Source of the DNA: Botryllus schlosseri
Lineage: Eukaryota
Assembly (NCBI GenBank): GCA_051294905.1
Contig: CM119386.1
Coordinates: forward strand, 5,456,001-5,520,000
DNA length: 64,000 bases
Direction of reading: 5' to 3'
Position 1 is the first letter of the stretch. Every line of letters begins with the position of its first letter. The notes under the pieces were generated by a model. That model did not search any database, had not been told where the DNA came from, and worked only from the letters and a program-made list of their open reading frames with translations. Both the position numbers and the translations under genes were made by a program. This document shows positions 12,401 through 21,466 of the stretch, in pieces.

Positions 12401-15400
12401 AAGTCGGCCAGGGGTCTAGCTACTCCGTCCCAAATCAAGATAATCACTACGATGACGGCGGTGGAGCAACGGTGGCCTGGACGGCGTCGGCAAACGACCA
12501 GGACCTTCTCATCCGGTCCGGACCTTCGTATCACCTGCGCCAAAAGAGACATTCGAAAATTTTGTTGTCTAAAGCCGCTGTATTCGTCGAATGAACTTAC
12601 CGATTTTGTCATGGGACAGCCTTGGGCCGTTCTGCCCTCCTTTCCAGTGTAAATGATCTGAATCGAAGCAGTTTGGGTTTGAGTCGGTAGCGGAGAAATT
12701 CTGCTTTTTCTGAGACTTCTGGTAGATGGCGACTGACTAACTTGTGTTACAAGATCAAGCATTTTGTTTTACAAAACTACATCCAATTTCACTTCAACAG
12801 TAGGTAAGAATATATTTACTTACTTTGACGGATCAAATTACATTCAGAATGAAGTTGTTTTTCGATAAATTTGCGTAGTTTCTCGATATAAATTGTGGGA
12901 AAAAATGGGCAGTGTCTTCCTTTTAACTTTTAAATTACTGTAATTTGTGTTTTCGGGGCGCCGTTAGCCATTATGAATCAGGTACGTACTGTACAGAGAG
13001 AGGTGTACTACGCAATGTTAGAGGAATCCCTATATGTATGTCGAGGAAAAATTGAGTACGGCAGCTGAGTGATTCTATTTCGAACCGGGTTTTAATCTTG
13101 CATTCGATTATTCAAGTACCATCATGTTTTGATGTCATGACAGTAATAATCATTAGAAAGTTCAAATTTATGCCTTTTTGCGGCCACGTAGAAAATTAAG
13201 CCGCACACTTCATCAAAATTCATTCTGTCTTTCTTCACCATGACATTTCGTAGCTCATGGTGACCATATCTTGCGGGTAGATTACTACTTCATGGAAATG
13301 TAATTTACACAAATATTATTTTTTGATGGCCAACCGGGGTTTTGACGCGCTTGTGCCTAGAATTTTGGTACTCAAAAATATAAACTCTCAGTACTCGACT
13401 TAAATCATTACAATTGATACCGGTACTTGCAGGGTTGTAACCAAGTCACCAGGTTCCGAGTCGCAAGTCAATCACACTATTTTAGATTTGACTCGAGTCA
13501 AGTCGAGTCATTTTCAATTCACCACCGAGTCAAGTCCAAGTCCAAGTCGGCGAGTAGTGGGTCGAGTCCGAGTCGTAGCGGAGCAGAGGTGGTCAAAGTA
13601 GTCACCGTCGCTACTCAAGTAGAAGTAGAAGTAACGCCGGTATTTCTACTCAAGTAGAAGTAGAGGCGGTGGTTCACAAGTAAGTAAGTAAGTAGGTATT
13701 CTACGCTTATTTTTGATTACAAAACTGAAAACTGTCAAGTAGAACTAGAAGTAGTCTAAAATCATAACTAGTTAAAAAGAAGTGTGAGTAGGAAAAATCT
13801 ACTTCAAGTACTACAAAAAGTAGAAGTACTTCGTTACTGACCACCTCTGTAGCGGAGTGACTCGAGACCAGGTCCATGACACTGTTCAGTTTTGAGTTCA
13901 ATCCACTCGAGTGATATAGAATGGCTCGCATTCATAATGTCATAATTTTCTTCAGTCCGAATAGTTTCTGGTTCTATTTTCCAAGTATCAGGACTGATAG
14001 ACGAAATACCAATAATGGGGTGACTTTACCTTTCTTCAAAATTACAATGAAATGTCTGTCTCAGCCGATGGCCGTCCTAGTCTCCAGTCATGTGACTCAA
14101 GTAATACACAATGACTCAAGTACAAATCGAGTTCAATACACAAATTGATTCGAGTCGAGTCATTTTACGGATTTGAAAATATGACTGAGTCGAGTCATGA
14201 CAACCCAGGATACTCGACGACTCAGATTCGAGTACTTACTCCTTGCACCCTACTTATTTCAGAGTACCCAATCGGAAAACAGTTAAAACCCCAACCCCAG
14301 CCAAGTACCTTCTCGATTCTGATAGCGTCGCCAGAATAGCGCATTCTTTTTTCAAACAGCGAGCGAATGCCGGCAATATCCGGGGCAGCACCAAGATGCG
14401 TGTAATACGGCGCCTCGCTTTGTTCCACTGGAAACATAATTGGAAATTGACGCAATGTACGCTGCAACACAGTCAACAAAGTCGTACCTGCATTGCAATT
14501 GCACGACGGAAAATCTGATTTCATCTTCTGGACATCCGCGCTTGCGACTTTGACATTCAGACTCTGTGCCGACTGGCGCGGAGGATCGGCTGGCGGTGGC
14601 GGTAAAGAATTCAGTCCAATGTGGCTGCTGAAGTGTGCCGCAACCTTGACGGTGTTTTGCCGAGAGGTTGGAATTGAAGAATCATCCACGAGTTGATTTT
14701 GAAGTTGACCTTAAAAAAATGGGCCCTGACAGAATCAAAACAAAACCGACGCAACAGTTTGCAGGGCATTGCAAATGGCAACATTCAAATCAGATCAAGT
14801 TGACAGGAGAGTCAGAACAATTTGATAGCTGCCACACAATACTAGTCATAAATAGATTACCACTACAAAAACATGTTTTGTCAGCCAATACCACAATTCC
14901 TGTATTTTGAAAAGTAATCCAGTAACTGTAGAGATTATTTTGCAACTTTGCTGCTTCAATTAAAAATTTCGCCTCGTACACCACATACCAGACTGCAAAA
15001 TCGACATCAAAAACATATAGAAAATGTACAGATTTCGTGAAGTTTTGTTTTGCTATAGCAAGGAGTCACCTCATACCTGTGGTTGGAGTGTTGTTGAGTC
15101 CTTTCAAAGCTGTTTGGGTTTGAGGTTTCATCTTATCTCCCATCCTAGTCACAACAGCTTTTGTGTAAGAGAGAGCCGACAGTACTCCTTCGCTGTAACT
15201 ACATCAATCATTGCAGTAGCACACAACCTAACGTCCAGCTAGTCATTCAAAATACCTTCGTTTCAACTGCTTAGAGGTATTCGACGATTTGGAAGCTGGC
15301 GTATCGCAAGAGGATGCTCTACGTCTCACATCCGCACGCTGAGATGCTTTATTTGAAATGGCTTTTTCAGTAACGCAATCACCATCTGGAGTAGTTTCTT

Positions 15401-16430
15401 TACCCTGGCGCTTTAAGCTTGCGGGTACAATCACCTTGGCTTGATCAGTTGTGTCCGCAACAACGTTGCGACTACCATTATTCGGGGTAAGACTATTCTG
15501 CACAGTGCTTGGGGCGCATGCGTTAAACGGTAAGCTATTTGTATTTGATGTCGCTTGTGAAATGCAACGAGACGTAACAGGACTCCGCCCCACCACAGAT
15601 GAACGAGGATGCGATTTCAGACTATCCACAGGTTTTCTGTTACAAGCGATCGCATCTTGCGTTCCAGTCACACTGATAGGAAGCCCTGGCAACCTGTCGC
15701 CTCCCTTGAAGTCGACAGAATCAGGTTGACGAGCCTGCTCCCAATTTTTTCCGGACATGTTGTACATGTACGACAGTCCGGCGGTAGTTTGAGTTGGTAA
15801 GGTCGACATAGTTTGATCTTTGGTTGAAGTATAAAATTGTGTGGGTGTACTTTGATTCAACATGGGACCCGATCTCGGTAACGGCTGCTCCCAATTCTTG
15901 CGCTGTGAATGAGCTAGCGGAGAATTCGATTGGGAGGCAGGATACATTGTTTGATGAGCATACGACGCCCCGCCTAGCTGTTGAGGTGGCTGGTTGGAGA
16001 AGCTGATATGATTGTGGTCTGCCATCGAATACTGCAACCCGTAAGCGGGATTTTGAAGCTTGTATGCCTGCCGTGGCTGCATAATCGAAACTTTTTCAGG
16101 AAGACTGTTATTTGTGGTGTAGACTGCATTTTTGAGGTTATAAGATCCGTTATTGACACTTGGAGCAGTGTTCGCTCTGTAATGGTAGTTTAGAAAATAT
16201 GGCTCCAATTCTGTTCCGTTCCCGGGTACTTGCGAGCTGTTCAAGGGAACAGGGGCTCGATTTGGACTCGGAAGATATTGAATAGAATTAGCCATCGCGA
16301 CTTGATTGGGCAGACATTTTGGTTCGGACTGACGGCTGACATACGAATTGAGATTTTTCTTTGGGAAATTATCTGCATTGTGAGGAACATAAAACCGGTT
16401 GTCCGTGTCTAATCTGTCTATGTTATCCAT
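3402..16430 (-). CDS. TET: TET methylcytosine dioxygenase, spliced gene of ~14 coding exons, ~1389 aa
   Basis: Join of 16430-15256, 15192-15077, 14709-14488, 14427-14309, 12657-12601, 12534-12326, 10104-9861, 8461-8162, 7234-7002, 6333-5799, 5382-5209, 4851-4676, 4086-3545, 3469-3402. All phases are compatible (4170 nt). Motifs: [45 protein letters not shown] (HxD), [34 protein letters not shown]. Confidence 0.95.
3545..4086 (-). CDS. TET: TET exon, C-terminal low-complexity extension
   Basis: Acceptor ATCACAG, phase 2; open P/Q/S/Y-rich frame (ORF 3537-4118); donor GTATGT. Confidence 0.75.
4118..4290 (-). mobile_element. Diverged Penelope-like pLTR fragment (family D)
   Basis: CCTGGAGGTGCAGAACTTCAATAC...GATGTCACCAGCATAAAA aligns by eye with the family D arm. 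Confidence 0.6.
4676..4851 (-). CDS. TET: TET exon ([16 protein letters not shown]...KYPHE)
   Basis: Acceptor TTCGTCTATCAG, phase 0; open frame; donor AG|GTAAGG, phase 2. Confidence 0.75.
5209..5382 (-). CDS. TET: TET exon, C-terminal DSBH half ([14 protein letters not shown]...[10 protein letters not shown])
   Basis: Contains the third Fe ligand (His in ELHATT) and the 2-OG-binding R-x-S; canonical splice sites. Confidence 0.95.
5799..6333 (-). CDS. TET: TET exon, DSBH insert ending [24 protein letters not shown]
   Basis: ORF 5766-6392; acceptor TTTGCAG, donor GTGAGT. Confidence 0.93.
7002..7234 (-). CDS. TET: TET exon ([16 protein letters not shown]..., basic NLS-like stretch)
   Basis: Acceptor CTTTCCAG, phase 0; donor CA|GTGAGT, phase 2. 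Confidence 0.88.
8162..8461 (-). CDS. TET: TET exon with HxD iron-binding motif ([23 protein letters not shown])
   Basis: Strong match to the TET DSBH; 300 nt, phase 0/0. Confidence 0.96.
8762..9547. mobile_element. hAT-type MITE family A (GACTTGACTCGAGTCA arrays)
   Basis: TIR CAGTGTTGGG.../...CCCTAACACTG; TSD GATTGTAC/GAGTGTAC (7/8); closely similar to 33828-34743. Confidence 0.88.
9861..10104 (-). CDS. TET: TET exon (RTCACQG...[19 protein letters not shown]...APDAFNNQ)
   Basis: Highly conserved TET Cys-rich/DSBH segment; canonical splice sites. Confidence 0.96.
10584..10617 (-). ncRNA. Minimal type I hammerhead ribozyme motif (stem II closing pair lost)
   Basis: ACCC-CUGACGA-GCGUCAACA-GAAA-ACAU-UC-GGGU. 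Confidence 0.6.
11161..11194 (+). ncRNA. Minimal type I hammerhead ribozyme motif (one stem I mismatch)
   Basis: ACCC-CUGAUGA-GUGUCAGCC-GAAA-AUAU-UC-GGAU; palindromic AAUAUU at helix III. Confidence 0.7.
11632..12221. mobile_element. hAT-type MITE family A, internally deleted copy
   Basis: CAGTGTCGGG.../...CCCCATCACTG with a perfect 8-bp TSD CTTGAAAG. Confidence 0.9.
12326..12534 (-). CDS. TET: TET exon ([23 protein letters not shown]...RRCATNE)
   Basis: Cys-rich domain with GHRC and RRC motifs; canonical splice sites. Confidence 0.95.
12601..12657 (-). CDS. TET: TET exon ([19 protein letters not shown])
   Basis: 57 nt, phase 0/0, donor GTAAGT. Confidence 0.93.
13430..14208. mobile_element. 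hAT-type MITE family B (CAGGGTTGTAAC TIR, GAGTC arrays) hosting a nested family C copy
   Basis: Ends CAGGGTTGTAAC/ATGACAACCCAG; decayed TSD GGTACTTG/GATACTCG; similar to 29150-29673. Confidence 0.82.
13584..13849. mobile_element. hAT-type MITE family C (AAGTAG arrays), nested in family B
   Basis: TIR CAGAGGTGGTCA/TGACCACCTCTG; perfect TSD TAGCGGAG. Confidence 0.92.
14309..14427 (-). CDS. TET: TET exon ([15 protein letters not shown]...AIRIEK)
   Basis: Conserved YTHLG motif; phase 1/0. Confidence 0.95.
14488..14709 (-). CDS. TET: TET exon ending [10 protein letters not shown] (start of the Cys-rich domain)
   Basis: An AAG acceptor at 14712-14710 gives the only open phase; donor GTACGA. Confidence 0.8.
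15077..15192 (-). CDS. TET: TET small exon ([20 protein letters not shown]...)
   Basis: TTACAG acceptor, GTATGA donor, 116 nt; bridges phase 2 to phase 1 exactly as required. Confidence 0.78.
15256..16430 (-). CDS. TET: TET large N-terminal low-complexity exon (MDNIDRLD...)
   Basis: ORF 15243-16496; acceptor TTTTTCAAG at 16450-16448; donor AG|GTATTT. Confidence 0.85.
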
Positions 16431-16731
16431 TATAACATCTACCCCAGCTTGAAAAAGCAGCACAAGGAGTTTAATATTCACTTCACGCCAATGCACAAAT
16501 GTACTTCCAGTGAATGTCTACAATTGACCTCACATCGACTGTTGAGCTATATTGGGGAAGCGGAAAATCGTAGGCAGAGCGGGCAAATGAAGATGGTTGA
16601 TTTTCGACATTGATTAACTGTCTTCGCTCAGAAATCCGGCAGTAACGCTTCTATCATCCAGTTATTACTGAAAAATTGTTCAATATGGTGAAATATGTGA
16701 TATATATATATATAATCAAAACTCAACTTAC

Positions 16732-16842
16732 CTTTGTAGTGGCAGTCTATATTAATATTCAAAACATTTCCATTAATGAAAACAGGAAATATTCTCTTCT
16801 TGCATAGGTGAAGCGTTAAATAGCCTCATAATCTCAATAAAG
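16732..16842 (-). other. TET: Probable non-coding 5' exon of TET with upstream ATGs
   Basis: Acceptor CCTTTCCAG and strong donor AAG|GTAAGT; carries an in-frame TGA upstream of the 16430 ATG. Confidence 0.55.
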
Positions 16843-18912
16843 CTGGAAAGGATTAAGTTTGAGGGAGTCATTTGTACCCTAATTATATGTAAGAATGGAA
16901 TGCGTGCAATTCAAAAGTGGGCAATGCCGGCAACGTATCAGATCACACTTATTTAATTTAGTTGTGACACACGCGCAGTGTGAAACAGTAAACAAACCCC
17001 TCTTGAGCACTTCAAAACATCAGACCAGTTTAGATGGAACAAAACCAACAATCAATATCCTGGTAAATAAACAATACCTCTAATGAGCAGCTACATAACA
17101 ATGTCCTGTATTCAACTTGAAAGTTAAATCAACCATCCAATATTCCTTCATGGTTCGTTAACGAATTAAAGTCCAATAATATCCTACCATATAATCAATT
17201 AGAAGACATGCAAAGCCGCACAACACAGAATCAAAGCATTCTTGCAAAGGAGACCCGATCCTTTCTGGTGCGTTGAAATGCAATATAGTAAACGGAACAA
17301 ATGCAAGCAAAACATGACAAATATGTAATATGCACAGTGGGATACTTCTAGTTGCTTGTAATTGGGAGAATTAAGTCATTTAGAGGTTTACGTTGATAAT
17401 AATGTTAATTTATAGTCTACAGCGACCAGTACGGCCTCCAAATTTTAGTAAAGTGCCCAGCTGAATTAAGTAATCACTGAGATGTCATGTCCAATTCGTA
17501 CGGTACAGCTAAGAAACAGACAATAGAATATTGATATCGCTCTGCAATGGGGGGTACATAATTCGTTGTTCCTAGGAGACAATCGTCACGGTCATTATCA
17601 GAAATATTTGTGTACAGGAATGGTACGCAGTGTATGCAGTTTTTACAGATAACTAGTTATCTATAGTTTGCTCCGGTATGTTAAATCACAGGGCTAACAC
17701 TAACTTTATGCGCTGCGATCAACCTGTTTCCTTAATCCTGCGTTGATAAATTGTAACGAACGTGATAATTTACTTTATTGCTACCGGTAATCCTACTTTA
17801 CTATCTTTGCCCTAAAGGAGTGAAGATTTGATATAATTTGTTTATTTTTGTTTGTAAATGGCGATAAAATGGCCTACATTGCAATTAGACATGTAAAAAG
17901 TAGCCATTCGGATCCGAGAACATAATAGGAGCAGTCCTACCGGAATAGAGTACATATATGTATATCATACTGGAATTCAAATTTTGCAAGTGTGACTAGG
18001 ATGGTGTATGTGTGTATTGATTGGCTTTAACACGATATTACAAAATCCAAACAAGCTAGATTGCTACCGCATCAAACCTATGATTCCAGAAAATAGTACA
18101 ATTTCAAGTGATTTTACTTATTCAAAGAAAAAATTTCGATCACCTCAGACTTGAAATGCAATTTTGTCTAAACCATATTGAAATGATAAAATTTGTGTAG
18201 GAATCCATCAACGAACAACATAAAACTGGTTAAAAGGAACAACGGGTAACAAATGAACAAAGCACAATTTGACTCAAAACTACTTTGAACATCAAAACAC
18301 ACTCCATGCATAAATTTATGTATTTTTTCTTCAAATTATTCCATTAATAAGACATTAACAATACAACACTAATAGAAGATATAGCGAAAATTTGATTGCA
18401 TTAGGATTGCTGATCTTTATGCAAGCACAGGTTACAATAGCCCTCAATCGCCAAAGTTAATATTTCCTTTCATTATTGGAGTATAGGCCCACAATGGAAT
18501 ACTACGATCTGGTATTGAAGTAGGGGTGTGTCTGGTAATGTGGGTGTGTTTAGGAGGCGTGATCAGATCAAGCGAAGAATATTTGAAAAAATAACCGGCA
18601 CCTAGCAAAATGAATTTATGTCACACCCATATTTGATACATATATCTGGTTCAAATTTGACATACCATGGGCACAGCAGCTACCAAGTAATATTATATCC
18701 AATATAATACAATAGAGTAGTTGATCAGCAGATCATTAACTAACAAGCAATATGCATACCCAATCAAAACTTTGGCAACACTCTGTATTGCTATAGGTGC
18801 TGTAATTTAGTCCCTATCTTTGCAAAATAAGTCCTTCATTATCGCCGTCGCAGGTAAGTTTAATCATATCGATCAAGATCGGAAGTTAGGTCTTAAAGAT
18901 AAAGGTCTAGTC

Positions 18913-19641
18913 CAGTGGTTCCCAACGTGGGCGATATCGCCCCCCAGGGGGCGATTTGGAGGTCTAGGGGGGCGAAAATACCGAAGGGGGTGATAGGGGG
19001 GCGAAAACGGACGAAGGGGGTGATAGGGGGCGAAAACAACGGAGGGGCGATACGGGGGCGATGGTGCGTTAAAACGGCTACATGGAGTCAGGACCTTAAC
19101 TGCCGCACCCCAAACCCCCAATTTGGGGGGCGAAATCGAAGGGGCCCAAATTATTTTGTGAATTAACATAAATTATAGAGTAATTTTTTTAGAAATTCTT
19201 CCAACTTTTTCAAAAAATTTTCGCGCTGGGCGCGATTTAATATTGCAATATATATTTATTTTGGGGCACCCTTCCCCCAACAACAATACGCATGATTTAT
19301 GGAAAAGGAGACTTCGGCGACGGCCATTACTGCGCCACGACGCTCCAAGACATATGAAGTTATAGGCCATGTAACATACGACTCCGAGAAGTATGCCAGA
19401 ACGATCAGCAGCGAGAAGACCTTGGCCGAAAAGGAATGCCCTTGTGCTGACCGAAAACTTCGATGTATATACATATATGTTTAATTGTTCATAGGCACCC
19501 CAACGAAAATTTAGCTGTAAAAGTGTAATTTTGAGGTCGAGCCGAAAAGTTGACCTTTTTCGGTTCCCAATATTTGGGGGGCGATGATCGGTGTGGAGCT
19601 TCAAAAGGGGGCGATGAGTCGAAAAAGGTTGGGAACCACTG
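18913..19641. mobile_element. hAT (Buster/Charlie-like) MITE with GGGGGCGA arrays
   Basis: Perfect TIR CAGTGGTTCCCAAC; perfect TSD GTCTAGTC. Confidence 0.93.
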
Positions 19642-21302
19642 GTCTAGTCAGTTCACTCCTTCACATATCAAAACGCTACTCTTAATCACAGCTGCACCCT
19701 GGACTCTATACTAGGCCTGGGGCCACTTATTTGGTTAACTAGACGAAAAGCTACGAAATCATTTGCGTCTGAATGGACGCGCATAATAGTGAACCTGTTG
19801 AAATGCGCAGCATGATGTATTAGCGCTACCGTACCAAATCGTGTCAACACAATACAAAATCTTCTCTTCAATGCATCCAAATCGTAATAATATGCTACCG
19901 CATAGCATAAGCATACCAAGATTGATCGAAAATAAAATAAACCGACACCGCATCTCAACAAAGGTAAGCGAAGATACAGAAATGTATCCTACAACAGCAA
20001 CCGGAAATCGATAAAAGCGTAGCGCCTTCAATGATCGAAATAGCCACAGGATTTTCAGAAATTTTACTCTACTACTGGATTGACCCCCAGCAGGTGGCGT
20101 TGTGCTAGAAAATATCAAGAGCAGCATCATATTCAGGGTGGCCCATCAGGATGTAGAAGTGTGGAAAACTGCTAATTAATAAAAAAAAATCATTCAATTC
20201 ATATTATTTATGATAAGGAGAGACGCCAAAACTACAATGGGTATGTTGAATTATAGCAGACTCCCCGCAGTTGATTTCAGTTCAGTTTCCCGAGCATTGA
20301 AAATGTTTGTTTTTCATACATGCTTACAGTTCATCATCATCTTACAGTTTATACATCAATCCCTTTTCATGATAGCTGACGAATATTTCGTTTGCCATAT
20401 GAGACTTAGGCTACAATACTGGTAAATTATATATTTTCATCTTTCTTTGTCTTTACTTTTTCGGCACTTGAGCATGACCGTTTCCTAAGAAACCATCTGG
20501 CTTCCGGGATTCCCCATTGTTGTTTTTGTAATTTGAGAGAAATTGGATGGCCAATTGGCCATGTCTTGGAACATACAATTCGAGAATGCATGATAGTGTA
20601 AATTTGACTACGTTCGGGGACATGATAATATGAGCTTTTTTCATTGTATGTTCCGAGACATGATAGGATGTGGGTAGTTCAGGCATAGAGAAACTGAACC
20701 TAGAAAAATGTGGATTGTCAAACAACCATCAATGCTATTCCGCGCTTACTCATTACGTATGGTCGTCAACCCACAGTCCCACATAATAAGGTACCGGTCA
20801 AGGCCTCGAGTAATTACGGTTCAACAACTTCGACCCGAATTACTGATACAAATAAAACATTTCAGAAATAAATGCAACCAGTCAGATAAGTAAAAATTAG
20901 ACGTATAATAAATTCTGATTAGTTTTTGTGTTTTATTCTGACAGTTGATCCAAATTTCAAACTATCAAAATCTATGCATTGCCTTTGCTTGCTCTGATGT
21001 AAGAGACGCCAAGCCAGAACAGAAGGCCTAACCCAAGAATATAATTCACATTTGCACGAGTGTTCGTTCAGCTGCACCACTCATTGATAAATCTCAATTA
21101 TTTTCATTCATTAAATCCAATCTAAAACAAAACTAGTCGCATCAAGATAAAATTAGCATATTATTGAAATTACTTTGGACAAAGTACCCTTCTCAGTATT
21201 CTTACTGATTTGCGACAATGCAAAAAAGCAACCCGGTAACAATTGCATTTTTAAGCAGGGTTTAACATGAGTTAGAGAGAGTAGAATATTCAACTGAGCA
21301 GA

Positions 21303-21466
21303 ATGATGCGACCAATTCACCAGCAACAGACTACCTGTGGTCTGCAAGTTTGTCAACACCCTCTGTGTTGGGATACAAACAGACAAGCGATCAGAGGGCT
21401 CTTGCATGAACAACAGGGAGGTAAAGGCGATGGCGAACCACTTGGAAATAATATGTATGATGACAG
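21303..21466 (+). CDS. C9orf43: DUF4647-like exon 1 (MMRPIHQQQTTCGLQVCQHPLCWDT...)
   Basis: Cys/His/Trp signature; donor AG|GTACAG, phase 2. Confidence 0.78.

Noticed and set aside
8762-14208. CRISPR-like array of GACTCGAGTC repeats
   Set aside because: Units are short, irregular and lack unique spacers. They are bounded by TIRs and 8-bp TSDs in eukaryotic introns, so they are MITE subterminal arrays.
14710-14727. TCTGTCAG as the main acceptor for the TET exon
   Set aside because: With the phase-1 upstream donor it hits a stop within about 45 nt; the AAG at 14712-14710 preserves the frame.
18873-19604. ORFs of 61-143 aa in the TET upstream region
   Set aside because: They lie within the hAT MITE 18913-19641 and arise from GGGGGCGA repeats.
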